From NCBI GenBank assembly GCA_963663275.1, contig OY760183.1, forward strand, positions 736,001-800,000: a stretch of DNA of 64,000 bases. Reading direction: 5' to 3'. This DNA comes from Chloroflexota bacterium. GTDB taxonomy: Bacteria; Chloroflexota; UBA11872; VXOZ01. The notes under the pieces were generated by a model, which saw only the letters and a program-made list of their open reading frames with translations, did not search any database and was not told the origin of the DNA. Made by a program: the position numbers and the translations under genes. Of this stretch, positions 30,168-40,175 are shown in pieces (positions within the stretch are counted from its first letter, which is position 1; the number at the start of each line of letters is the position of its first letter).

Positions 30168-30808
30168 CCGTTCACCCATTACGCATCGCGGCCGCCGCGT
30201 TCCTGGCCGGCCTCTGCTTTCTCTTGGCCGCTGGTCAAGCGCAGGCGTGCTCCTGCGGAGACTTGCCATCCCCGGCCCAAGCTCTGGCGCAGAGCGCCAA
30301 GGTGTTCTCCGGTAGAGTCGTGTCCATCCATGGCGGGGACGGCACGCGGCGAGAACCGGCATTGCTCAGCGGGTACATTGCGGTGGAGTTCGAAGTCTAC
30401 TCAGTCTGGAAAGGCCCGTCCTATGCCACCATGTTCATCGAGACGGCCTGGTGGAGCGGCAGTTGCGGGGTGGAGTTCTATGTTGGCGAGGAGTGGCTGG
30501 TCTACTCCTTCGACGGCGAAACCGCGCACCCGTGCGGCCGCACACGCCCCCTGTCGCGCGCGCAGGCGGACATTAACGCGCTTGGCGAAGGCCAAGCGCC
30601 TGCCGCCGGCACCGTCGAACCCTATCAACAGTCCCGCGACCGGATCGAACGGACACCCACAACGGCTGCCGCGACGACCAAAGCAGCCACGCCCACGGCA
30701 AATCCGTTGCAGGACTTAATTCCTGCATGGCTGAGCGTTGCGTTGCTCATGATCGTGTCGGTAACGGTGCTGGGCTGGGTGCTGCGCGGGACCAGCCAGA
30801 AAGGCTAG
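30161..30808 (+). CDS. TIMP/NTR-like secreted protein with a C-terminal membrane anchor
   Basis: ATG 30161; signal peptide ending AQA then CSC; VFSGRVV, VWKG, SCGVEF..GEEWLVY, CGRT; C-terminal TM helix. Confidence 0.8.
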   Translation: MVTVHPLRIAAAAFLAGLCFLLAAGQAQACSCGDLPSPAQALAQSAKVFSGRVVSIHGGDGTRREPALLSGYIAVEFEVYSVWKGPSYATMFIETAWWSGSCGVEFYVGEEWLVYSFDGETAHPCGRTRPLSRAQADINALGEGQAPAAGTVEPYQQSRDRIERTPTTAAATTKAATPTANPLQDLIPAWLSVALLMIVSVTVLGWVLRGTSQKG

Positions 30809-30976
30809 GGCTGTCTCCGCGTCAGGCAGCCCCTCGCGGTCCGGGCGGCGGCCGCGGCGACTGTTCGGCGATCGCCCGAGGCGCTAGCCCGCAGTACTCG
30901 CTTGCGGATGTCCAGGGTAACCAATGCAGACGAAGAAGCGCCTTGTTACTCAAGCTGCTATTGAAGAGCCGCTCAA

Positions 30977-31909
30977 CTATGCGCGAAACGGCTTCCCCGT
31001 GCGCCGCAGTTCTTTCGTCACCGCTATCTGGCACGTCACGTAGGCGCTTTCCGTGGGGCGGCCGCGGTGGTTCATATCGCCGGCGGAGTAGCCGGGGCGG
31101 GCGTCGCCGATGGTGCCGACGATCAGGTTGGCGTGTTCCGTGGTCGTATCGTAGCGGTCGGCGATCAGGCCCACCATATCGGCCCACGCCGCGCGCACGG
31201 CGTCGGTCCAGGTGCGGCCCTGGCCGCTGGTGAGGTATTCCTCCGCGCTTTCGACCACGTTGGTGGTCTCCACCACCGGGCTGGAAGTCGAAAAGCCCGG
31301 CGAGCGGTCCACGCGGATGGTCACGCTCGTATCGATCTCCACGCCGGTGCCGGTCAGTTCGCCGTCGGACATGCGCGCGTGGGCGTCGGCCAGGGTCAGC
31401 AGGCCGCCCGCTTTCTGGGCGCGCACGTGCACCGTGCTGCCGGGGCGCGTTGAGTTGAAGTCCATGTTGCCGCCGTGGTCGATCTCGTATGGGTCTACGG
31501 ATTCCAACATCACCACGCCGACCATGGGGCGCTCCGGGACCACGAAGTCCGGCGGAAAGTGCACCAGGCCGTCGCGCACCGGGGCGATCAGGCGCACGCT
31601 GCCCCAGATGGGGCCGCCGTTGCGGTAGAATCCGTAGGGGCCGCATTCCATGTCCAGGATTTCGATTGACACCCAATCGCCGGGCGCGATGTCCTCGATG
31701 TAGAACGGTCCGCCGGGCCGGGAGTAGCGCGGCGTGCCCACTTCCATCACCGCGCCGGGCTTCAGTTCGCCCTTGATCTTCAGGTCCTGGTCGTGGCCGC
31801 CGACGGTCTCGACGACCACCGTCTCGCCGAGCCGCAGCGTGCCTCTGATTTCCCCGCGTTCCGGGTCGTCGGGGCCGTGGTAGTAGGGCGTACGGGTGAA
31901 GCGCCGCAT
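30977..31909 (-). CDS. Acetamidase/formamidase family protein
   Basis: GPFYIEDIAPGD, PMVGV, HGGNMD, LADAHARMSDGELTGTGVE; GGGAGG before ATG 31909. Confidence 0.85.
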   Translation of the reverse strand: MRRFTRTPYYHGPDDPERGEIRGTLRLGETVVVETVGGHDQDLKIKGELKPGAVMEVGTPRYSRPGGPFYIEDIAPGDWVSIEILDMECGPYGFYRNGGPIWGSVRLIAPVRDGLVHFPPDFVVPERPMVGVVMLESVDPYEIDHGGNMDFNSTRPGSTVHVRAQKAGGLLTLADAHARMSDGELTGTGVEIDTSVTIRVDRSPGFSTSSPVVETTNVVESAEEYLTSGQGRTWTDAVRAAWADMVGLIADRYDTTTEHANLIVGTIGDARPGYSAGDMNHRGRPTESAYVTCQIAVTKELRRTGKPFRA

Positions 31910-32146
31910 GAGATTCCTCCCGCTTGCGGTGTCGTTCGGCTGTTGCAACCAAGGCGCTCTCGGCAAGCGAAACCGGCCGAGACGCTTTCTCTTGCCCCAA
32001 TAGTATGCGGATTCGCTTTTTGGCGCTAGTTCGTTTGACAGAGGCGGAAATCTCACCCTATACTTACGGGGGATTCGACCGCATTGCCAGTGGAAGCAAG
32101 GCGCTTGTCTTTGTCCATGCCGGCAAGGTTCGGCATCTCAATCTTG

Positions 32147-32220
<74 letters not shown>

Positions 32221-32266
32221 CCGCTGCGGTATCGCGTTCAGCAGAGAGTTTGGGAGGGTGGAAAGC

Positions 32267-34003
32267 ATGGCTGCGGTAGCCGGCAACGACAACGTCCGCT
32301 ACGAACCGGATGAGAATCCTCCCCGGCTCATAACCCTTGGCGCCGGTGTGCAGGCGGCCATGGTCACGGTGTCGTCGATCGTGCTGGCCGTGGTCATCGT
32401 AGGGCGCATAGCCGGGCAACCGGAAAGCTACATAACCTGGGCCGTCTTTGCGGCCCTGCTCGTCAGCGGCGCGGCGACGATTCTCCAGGCGGTGCGCGTG
32501 GGCAGGTTTGGCGCCGGGCACGTGCTGATGATGGGCACGTCGGGCGCGTTCATTGCCGTCTGCGTGGGGGCGTTGCAGATGGGCGGCCCCGCCACCTTAG
32601 CCAGCCTGGTCGTGGTGTCGTCGCTCTTCCAGTTTCTCCTGGCGGCGCGTCTCTCGCTGCTGCGGCGCATCTTTACGCCGGTCGTCACCGGCACGGTCAT
32701 CATGTTGATTGCGGCCACGGTCATGCCGCTCGTGTTCGGTTCGCTGACGGAGGTGCCCGAGGGCGTGCCGCAGGCCGCCGCCCCGCTCACGGCGCTGGCA
32801 ACCACGGCGGCCGTCGCCGTGCTGGTGATGCGCGGCTCCCCCACGTGGCGGCTCTGGTCGCCGCTCATCGGCATCGTCGTCGGCTGTCTGGTGGCAATTC
32901 CCTTCGGCCTCTTCGACGCGCAGCCGGTGCTGGACGCGCCGTGGCTGTCCGTTCCCTTCGCCTCGTGGCCGGGCTTCGACCTCAGCCCGGGCGTGGAGTT
33001 CTGGGCGCTGCTGCCGGCGTTCGTGGTGGTGACCCTGGTCGGCGCGATCGAGACCATAGGCGACGGCGTCGCCATCCAGCGGGTTTCCCGGCGCAAGCCG
33101 CAGTCAACCGACTTCCGGGTCGTGCAGGGCGCGCTGAACGCCGACGGCGTGGGCAATCTGTTCTCCGGCATTCTGGCAACCGTGCCCAATACCACGTATT
33201 CGTCCAGCATCGCGCTGGTTGAAGTCACCGGCATTGCCGCGCGGCGCGTGGGTGTGGTCATCGGCGCGGTTTTCGTGGTACTGGCGTTCCTGCCCAAGGC
33301 TGCGGCGTTGTTGATCGCCATTCCCGGTCCGGTGGCGGCTTCCTACATCACCGTGCTGGTGGTGCTGCTCTTCGTGCAAGGCATGCGCATCGTCATTCAA
33401 GACGGGATCGACCATCGCAAGGCCGCGATTGTGGGCCTGTCGTTCTGGATCGGCGCCGGCTTCCAGAACCAATGGATCTTCCCGAACCTCATCGGGGACG
33501 GCTTTCTGGGCGTGCTGCTGGGCAACGGCATGACGTCCGGCGCGATCGTCGCCATCATCCTGATGGTCTTCCTGGAGTTGACCAGCCCCCGGCGCCGGCG
33601 GCTGCACGTGGCTTTGGATAACGACGCTCTGCCCAAGGTGGAGCAATTCCTGATGGCGTTCGCGGCGCGGCTCAAGTGGAATGACTCCTCCACGGAACGG
33701 CTGACCTCCGTGGGCGAAGAGACGCTGGCGATCCTCTTGCAGGAGAGCGGCGACGCTGAGAATACGGGACGGCGCTTGACCGTGAACGCCCGCATGGAGG
33801 GCGGCGCGGCGGAACTGGAGTTCGTAACCTCACTGGAGGGCGAAAACCTGGAAGACCACCTGGACTACCTCAACGAACTGCCGCCCGCCCCGGACGAGCG
33901 CGAGGTCTCGTTCCGGCTGCTCTGGCACTACGCTTCTTCCGTGCGCCACCAGAAGTACCACGGCCTGGACATCCTGACCGTGACCGTCGATGGCTCGCGC
34001 TGA
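32267..34003 (+). CDS. NCS2 (xanthine/uracil) family permease with an extra C-terminal soluble domain
   Basis: VRYEPDENPP, GTSGAF, FTPVVTGTVI, ETIGD, ADGVGN..PNTTYS; ~135-aa tail after the last TM. Confidence 0.88.
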   Translation: MAAVAGNDNVRYEPDENPPRLITLGAGVQAAMVTVSSIVLAVVIVGRIAGQPESYITWAVFAALLVSGAATILQAVRVGRFGAGHVLMMGTSGAFIAVCVGALQMGGPATLASLVVVSSLFQFLLAARLSLLRRIFTPVVTGTVIMLIAATVMPLVFGSLTEVPEGVPQAAAPLTALATTAAVAVLVMRGSPTWRLWSPLIGIVVGCLVAIPFGLFDAQPVLDAPWLSVPFASWPGFDLSPGVEFWALLPAFVVVTLVGAIETIGDGVAIQRVSRRKPQSTDFRVVQGALNADGVGNLFSGILATVPNTTYSSSIALVEVTGIAARRVGVVIGAVFVVLAFLPKAAALLIAIPGPVAASYITVLVVLLFVQGMRIVIQDGIDHRKAAIVGLSFWIGAGFQNQWIFPNLIGDGFLGVLLGNGMTSGAIVAIILMVFLELTSPRRRRLHVALDNDALPKVEQFLMAFAARLKWNDSSTERLTSVGEETLAILLQESGDAENTGRRLTVNARMEGGAAELEFVTSLEGENLEDHLDYLNELPPAPDEREVSFRLLWHYASSVRHQKYHGLDILTVTVDGSR

Positions 34004-34069
34004 CGGCCCCTGCGAACAACGGGAGCCTGGCCCGCTCTGCGCGCGCTGCGTCGATTTGCCCGCGCTTGC

Positions 34070-34618
34070 TCAAGCGCACGTGTCGTGCTCGAAAACGAGC
34101 GCTGCCGTGTCTCTCCAGCCGTATGCCACTTCTACGAGAGCCGTGCCGCCGATGGTGATGGCCTTCTCAGCGACGAATTCGCCGCCCAGCGCTGCGTAGA
34201 AGCGGCGCGCCGCGTGGTTGTCCCGCAAGACCCACAGCAGCATGGATTCCATGCTCGCCGCGCGCAGCCGCCGGGCGACGCCCGCCAAGAGTCGCTGTCC
34301 GACGCCCTTGCGCTGGTACGCCGCCAGGACGTATAGGGCGAAAACCTCACCGCGGTATACCGGATTGCCTTCACGCTCCGGCGCGCCAAAGGCGAAGCCT
34401 ACGACCTCGCCCGCAGCGGTCTCCGCCACGACCATGCAGGTGTCCGGCCGGTTTGCCGTAAGCGCTTGACTCCAATTGGACTCGCTATCCGCATACGCGA
34501 GGCTGGCCAAGAACTCGGCCGGCAATATGCCGGCATACGTAGACCGCCACGTGTCCACGTGCACCCTCGCTATGCCGTTGGCGTCCGACGGGGTTGCCTT
34601 GCGTATGCGAATCTTCAT
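34070..34618 (-). CDS. GNAT family N-acetyltransferase
   Basis: ARVHVDTWRSTYAGI, YQRKGVG, LWVLRDNHAARRFY. Confidence 0.92.
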   Translation of the reverse strand: MKIRIRKATPSDANGIARVHVDTWRSTYAGILPAEFLASLAYADSESNWSQALTANRPDTCMVVAETAAGEVVGFAFGAPEREGNPVYRGEVFALYVLAAYQRKGVGQRLLAGVARRLRAASMESMLLWVLRDNHAARRFYAALGGEFVAEKAITIGGTALVEVAYGWRDTAALVFEHDTCA

Positions 34619-34673
34619 GTTACTTTCATCTACTTACAGTACCGATAATCAATGATCCAGACCAGATTCCCGT

Positions 34674-35219
34674 TCACGCGGTAACCAGATGGGCTATGTC
34701 CTTCCAGCCGTAGGACACCATCACAAGATCTGTACCGCTGATCGTGACAGTCTTTTGATCGAGATATGCGCCTCCCATCGATTCGTAGACGCGGCGGGCC
34801 GGATGGTTGTCCTTGAATACCCACAATAGCATCGAGTCAATTCCGTGCCTAAGAAAGTGCTGGGCTACTGCTGAGAAGAGACGTCGACCGACCCCAAGGC
34901 GCTGATACTGGTCAAGAACGTAGATGGCGACAATTTCCCCACGGTAGACTTGGCTGCCTTCTCGTTCCGGAATTCCAAGCGCGAAGCCAATGACCTCAGC
35001 CTCTTGGGTTTCAGCAACAAGCATGCTCGTAGCGGGCTGGTCTTTCTTGAGAGCCTCATTCCAAATCTGCTCGCTATCCGCATACGAGAAATCAGCTAAG
35101 TTCTCGTCTGTAAGTATGCCGGCATATGAAGTTCGCCGCGTGTCAACGTGCACGCGCGCGATGGCACCGGCATCAGCCGGATTGGCCTTTCGAATGTTGA
35201 TTCTCGCTTCAGAATTCAT
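34674..35219 (-). CDS. GNAT family N-acetyltransferase (tandem paralogue, lower GC)
   Basis: ARVHVDTRRTSYAGI, YQRLGVG, LWVFKDNHPARRVY; ATG overlaps the stop of the thioester-protein gene. Confidence 0.9.
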   Translation of the reverse strand: MNSEARINIRKANPADAGAIARVHVDTRRTSYAGILTDENLADFSYADSEQIWNEALKKDQPATSMLVAETQEAEVIGFALGIPEREGSQVYRGEIVAIYVLDQYQRLGVGRRLFSAVAQHFLRHGIDSMLLWVFKDNHPARRVYESMGGAYLDQKTVTISGTDLVMVSYGWKDIAHLVTA

Positions 35220-38200
35220 TCCGTCACGATCAGTGCGCCGCCGAGCGTTTCGCCGCGATGCTCGGGACGGTAATAGGAGTACACCTGGGACACAACCTCT
35301 TTCGCCCGCACCGGGTACTTGGCGCGCGCCTGGAAGGCAAAGCTGACGGTTTGTCCGGCGTGCAGGTTGTCGATGTAGAGAATCACCTTGCGCCCGGCGA
35401 TCTCGAACCGCTTGAAGTCGGCGTACTCTTCAACCAAGGCCGCGATTGTCTCGCGCACCGGCTCGAATCCCGTCGGCACGGCCACGTCGAGCACCACCAT
35501 GCCGGCTTCGATTGCCTCGGGAGGATTGAAGGTGACGCTGGTGTGCACGGTGATGAGATCATCCACCGCGACGTGTTCGGTGCCGTAGTCCACCGTAATC
35601 TCGAACACGTCCGGAACCTCGGTCTCCCTCTCGGGCATGTTGTAGCGCAGGACGGACTGGAGCACCACCGTGCCCCGGCCCGCGGACGTGATGACCAGTT
35701 GCGTGTCGAGCGGGACCTGCACGATTTGCAGCACGTCGGCGTTCTCCGGCGTGATGCGCACCACTTTGCGCCACTCGCCGCTTGCCATGCGCACGGTCAT
35801 GTCCACGTCCGCGCGCACCCGCGTGGAGTAGGCCGCGAGCGCCTGGAGGCCGACCACCGTATCCTGGGTGGAGCCAAAGCCGCCCAGGGCGTTGCGCTGG
35901 CCGGCCAGCCACTTGGCCGCTTGCGCGGCGTTTGCCAGGTCGTCGTGGGCCATCAGAGCGAGCAGCGCATACCCGGTTGTCTCCACGGCGGCGCTGTGGT
36001 GTCCCAGCCCGCCGCCCCAGTAGAGGCCGCCGGTGGCGTCTTCATTAGCCATGGACATCAGCTTGGCGTGCGCTTCGGCGCGCAGGCCGCTGCCGTCCAG
36101 TTGCAGAGCATAGGCCGTGATGGCCATGGTGTACGGGTCCTGGATGCCTTCCAGCCGGCTTTCCAGGTAATGCATAGCGCGCGCGGCCCCAAAGTCGCGC
36201 CCGGCTTCCAGCAGCGCGATCGCCACGTAGGCCGTCAGCGCGTCCCGCCCTTGCAAGCCGCCCAGCAGTTCCTGGTGGTGCAGGAAGCCGACGTTCTCGA
36301 ACGAGCCGTCGCTCAGTTGATGTTCCACGATCCAGGATGACGCGCGGTCTAATACTGTTGGGTCGATGTAGATGATCTCCCGCGACTCGGCGAAGGTCTT
36401 GAGCACGAACGCCGTCAGCCACAGGCTGCCTTGGGCGTCGCTATCGCCGAACGCGGAAAAGCTGCCGTCGCGCCGCATGTACGTCAGTTCACGCTGGTAG
36501 CCGACCAGCATGAGGTGTTCGGCCTTGGCCATGATTTCGGGCTTGAGTTGCGCGGTTTCCTTTAAATAGCGCGTGACGTACACGTTCGGCGCGAACAGGA
36601 TCATGTTCTGCTCGCCGCAGCCGAACGGCATCTGCAAGAGTTGATCGAGACCCTCGATGCTCTGGGTCATCAGGCTGCCGGTCAGCGCCACGTACGCGCG
36701 GGCGGAACCGGCGATGGCGCCGAAGGGCACGTCCGGCAGGAACTCATGGCGGAACACGCCCGTCAGGAGGTGGTTGCCGACGACTTCCACGGGGATGCCC
36801 TCCGGCTCCACGCGCAGGTTCCTGATGACGGCGTCCGCGGTCTCCGCGCTGCGCGCCGTGATTTTGATGGGATTGCCGCCCAGTCCCGTGGGCCGGATCA
36901 TGAACGCAACGCCGCCGATATCGTTGGCGGCGACGGTTACCGACTTGACCGGCTCGTCCAGCAGGTCGAACCATTCGGCTTCCTCGATCTCCACGAAGAA
37001 CTCCTGAGCGGTCTCACGGTAATTGAAGAGCGCGATCTTGACCGGCAATTCTTCGCCCCGGATGGCGGAAACCGGCAGGTCCACGGTCAGGAAGAAGGGC
37101 TGGAAGACCCGCAGCGTGTCCTCGCCCATGCCCAGGCCGCGCTCCTTGGAGATGCCGACGCCGCGCAGCGCCCAGGTGGTGATGCTGTCGGGCGCTTCCA
37201 CCGTCAGCGCGGCGCGGCCGTTCGCGTCGGTTTGAACGTCCTGCCAAATCCAGGTTTCGGGGAAGAACTGGCGCACGCGCCGGACTTCCGCGAGGTTTTC
37301 GGGTGCGGCGGCTGCGGCGGATACGGGCTCAGACGCCATTTCCTGCGCCACTGCCATCTCTGCCTCCTCCGCTGCCGCGCTTTCATCCACCGGGGCGTAG
37401 TGCCTCTCGCCTGCCGGCACGTTCTTGTTGGTCAGCACGACCGTGCCGGCGGCTGTGAAGGTATCGGAGGCGCCGCGCGTGTCGATGGTGTACGAGAAGT
37501 CGATTTCGTGGAGTTCCGCTTGCGGCTCCTGGTAGAGGCGTTCCAGTTCATTGAAGATCTGCTGGAGGTTCAGCCGGTTTTCGGCCAGGATGAAGACCGA
37601 CCGGTCAACGGCCACCAGCCCCACGCGGGACTCGCCTTCCGTTTGGACATCGATGTCAACGGAATCGCCCGGCCTGACCTCCTCCTCGCTAAAGCCGACC
37701 CGCACGTCGTGCGCATACGCCGCTTCCACGCTGAACGGCAGGTAGTCGGCGGCAATCTCGTTATTCGGCAGAATCTGATACACCAGCAGGCGCGCGGACG
37801 GCGCCATCAACTGCGTTGCCGTAAAGGATATGTCCGGGCCGGAACTCACGTCCGTAAAGACCACCGCGCCTCTGGAGAGCACCTCGTAGTAGAAGTTGCG
37901 CGCTTCACGGGTGGCATTGACGCGGAACTGCACGGTATCGCCGACCCCGATGTCGCTTTGCGTCACCTGCTCGAGGTGAATGAAACTGTCGGAGGGCGAG
38001 TGACCTGATTCCAGTGCGAGGAAGCCACGAGCGTGCGTACTCCGCGCATACACCTTAACGGCAGCGGCGTACGCGGGCGCGGTGGCGCGGATGATTGCTT
38101 TACCGTTTTCGGTCGCTACCCTGACTGTCTCGGAGGAACCCACCCGGAAAGACGGGGTTAGGTAATCGAAACTCACCACAACGTCAGTGTCAATTGGCGC

Positions 38201-39358
38201 GCCGTCGGGCGCCTGGGCGATGATGAGGTAACTCAGCGGCAAACAGGGCTTCAGAATGCGGCTTTCCGGTATCACCGTGAGCGTCGCGGCCGTTTCCGCA
38301 ACGGTAAGCAACTTGGTGGTCTTCTCCGCGTAGCCGGTGCTCTTCTCGCGCACGGTCACCTCCAGCGAGACGTTGCCCTGCCCGCCCGCCTGGGGCACGC
38401 CGGCCACGTATCCCACCGGCGGCAACTCGAAACGCGCCTCGCCGTCGATGGGCGCGCTGAACCGGGCGTACTCTTCCCACCGGCCGACGTAGCGCGACGC
38501 CACGATTTCAACCTCGCCCACCACCGGCTTGCCAAAGGCGTATTCGCCGGACACCGTCCCCGTGAGCGGATCGCCGGCCAGCACCCAGTCGCTCGCGGTG
38601 GTCACGTTCACCTCGTACTTGGGCAGCGCGTACCGCTCGACGCGCACGTCCAGTTGGGTTTCCTGGTCGCCCGCCAGCGCGGTGAGTTTCCACACCCCCA
38701 GGTTCGGTTCCACCGAGAGCGGCAGGTCCAGCGTCGCCATGCCGTACGCATCGGTGTCAACCGCTTTTCGAAACACTTTGATGCCTTTGGCGTCCCGCAT
38801 TTCGATAGTGGCGGCGGCAGGCCAGGGCTTGAGCGCCGCGTCCAAGGTCATCAGGCGCACGGGAATAGTCTGGCCGGGTTGGTAGATGGGCTTGTCGGTC
38901 TCGACGAAGAGGAGCAGGCCGTCCACGACCGCCACGAACGCCGCGCGGGCCTCCGGCACGTTCTCCACCCGCACGGACACCTGGAGTTGCGAACGCTCCA
39001 CCCGCGGCACGGGCAGCATGACGTTGGCCGTCCCGTCCACCTTTGCGTTAACCGTTTGGACAATCGTGCCGCCGTCGAGGAGCGTCACCCAGACGTTGCC
39101 CGCGGCGGGACGGTCGCCCTTGAAGAGCGATACGGAGATTTGCTCGGTGTAGCCCCGGCGCAGTCGCTTGGGCACAATCGCCACGAAGCTGTCCGGCGCG
39201 GGCAGATTCTCCGCCGCTGCCGGGGAGGATGCGGCGGCGGACGCGGCTTCCCGGGGGCATTCCTTATCGAGATAGAGAATCTCCTCCGGGCCGTCGCCGC
39301 AGCCGGCGAGCGCCAGCGCGAGCAGCGCCAGGATGGCAAACGTGGCGTATTTCCGCAT
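35216..39358 (-). CDS. Alpha-2-macroglobulin / thioester-containing protein (TEP) lipoprotein of animal-like type
   Basis: Lipobox LAGC; ETDKPIYQPG, FFPETWIW, PDSITTW, FQPFF, PFGCGEQNM, DGSFSAFG, WLTAFV, GGFGSTQDTVVGLQAL, DVAVPTGF. Confidence 0.93.
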   Translation of the reverse strand: MRKYATFAILALLALALAGCGDGPEEILYLDKECPREAASAAASSPAAAENLPAPDSFVAIVPKRLRRGYTEQISVSLFKGDRPAAGNVWVTLLDGGTIVQTVNAKVDGTANVMLPVPRVERSQLQVSVRVENVPEARAAFVAVVDGLLLFVETDKPIYQPGQTIPVRLMTLDAALKPWPAAATIEMRDAKGIKVFRKAVDTDAYGMATLDLPLSVEPNLGVWKLTALAGDQETQLDVRVERYALPKYEVNVTTASDWVLAGDPLTGTVSGEYAFGKPVVGEVEIVASRYVGRWEEYARFSAPIDGEARFELPPVGYVAGVPQAGGQGNVSLEVTVREKSTGYAEKTTKLLTVAETAATLTVIPESRILKPCLPLSYLIIAQAPDGAPIDTDVVVSFDYLTPSFRVGSSETVRVATENGKAIIRATAPAYAAAVKVYARSTHARGFLALESGHSPSDSFIHLEQVTQSDIGVGDTVQFRVNATREARNFYYEVLSRGAVVFTDVSSGPDISFTATQLMAPSARLLVYQILPNNEIAADYLPFSVEAAYAHDVRVGFSEEEVRPGDSVDIDVQTEGESRVGLVAVDRSVFILAENRLNLQQIFNELERLYQEPQAELHEIDFSYTIDTRGASDTFTAAGTVVLTNKNVPAGERHYAPVDESAAAEEAEMAVAQEMASEPVSAAAAAPENLAEVRRVRQFFPETWIWQDVQTDANGRAALTVEAPDSITTWALRGVGISKERGLGMGEDTLRVFQPFFLTVDLPVSAIRGEELPVKIALFNYRETAQEFFVEIEEAEWFDLLDEPVKSVTVAANDIGGVAFMIRPTGLGGNPIKITARSAETADAVIRNLRVEPEGIPVEVVGNHLLTGVFRHEFLPDVPFGAIAGSARAYVALTGSLMTQSIEGLDQLLQMPFGCGEQNMILFAPNVYVTRYLKETAQLKPEIMAKAEHLMLVGYQRELTYMRRDGSFSAFGDSDAQGSLWLTAFVLKTFAESREIIYIDPTVLDRASSWIVEHQLSDGSFENVGFLHHQELLGGLQGRDALTAYVAIALLEAGRDFGAARAMHYLESRLEGIQDPYTMAITAYALQLDGSGLRAEAHAKLMSMANEDATGGLYWGGGLGHHSAAVETTGYALLALMAHDDLANAAQAAKWLAGQRNALGGFGSTQDTVVGLQALAAYSTRVRADVDMTVRMASGEWRKVVRITPENADVLQIVQVPLDTQLVITSAGRGTVVLQSVLRYNMPERETEVPDVFEITVDYGTEHVAVDDLITVHTSVTFNPPEAIEAGMVVLDVAVPTGFEPVRETIAALVEEYADFKRFEIAGRKVILYIDNLHAGQTVSFAFQARAKYPVRAKEVVSQVYSYYRPEHRGETLGGALIVTE

Positions 39359-39494
39359 TGGTCGCTCACTCCAGTGTTGAGGCGTACGTCCTCTTGCTCT
39401 CAATGGAGACCTTTGCGTAACATGGTGACTTTTGCGCAACATAGGTCGGCTGCGTACCATAGGTCGGCGCGCGCTCAGACTCCCTCTCCCCCAG

Positions 39495-39634
39495 GAGACC
39501 TTTGCATAACTCCGTCATTCCGGTGAAAACCGGAATCCAGAGCGGTGTTACACCTACAGATTGCATGATGTCAATCCATTTCACCCCCCATCCCAACCTT
39601 CCCCCCAATGGGGAAGGGGTTACGCAATGGTCTC
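39495..39634. mobile_element. MITE family A copy (opposite orientation) inserted in a hairpin loop
   Basis: GAGACCTTTGCATAAC / GTTACGCAATGGTCTC; perfect 5-bp duplication CCCAG inside CCCTCTCC..GGAGAG. Confidence 0.88.
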
Positions 39635-39838
39635 CCCAGGGAGAGAGGACAAGAGGCGCGTGCCCAGACTCCCTCTCCCTGGGGAGAGGGCCGGGGTGGG
39701 GGGGAATCCTCGTCGGTTCCGCCCTATCTCGCAAGAATTGGATATGGTTCGCCGCGAAATCTCCCCCCTCACCCTAACCCTCTCCCCCAGGAGAGGGGAT
39801 AAGAGGCGCGTGCCCAGACTCCCTCTCCCCCAGGAGAG

Positions 39839-40056
39839 CTGACAGGGGTAGGCAACTGTCATTCCGAGCGGAGCGAGGAATCTAGAACTGCTGGATTTGC
39901 GGCTCTCCGCTCTAGATTCCTCTCTCCGCTGCGCTCCGCTCGGAATGACAAGCGATGCGCCCCTCGCCCTTCCTCGTCACCCTCCCCTATTTCTCCGCCT
40001 TTTACAACTATACAAATGACACGTTAAGCCGATTCAAGAGTGCCTACCCCTGTCAG
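39839..40056. mobile_element. MITE family B copy (TIR CTGACAGGGGTAGGCA)
   Basis: Perfect 16-bp TIRs; flanking direct repeat CCCAGGAGAG; GTCATTCCGAGCG REP pair as cargo. Confidence 0.88.
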
Positions 40057-40175
40057 CCCAGGAGAGGGGACAAGAGGCGCGTGCTCAAACTCCCTCTCCC
40101 CCAGGAGAGGGGATAAGAGGCGCGCGCCGCCGGACGCTCCCTTTTCGCCGCGCGCTACCGCTATCGCCGGCTCGC

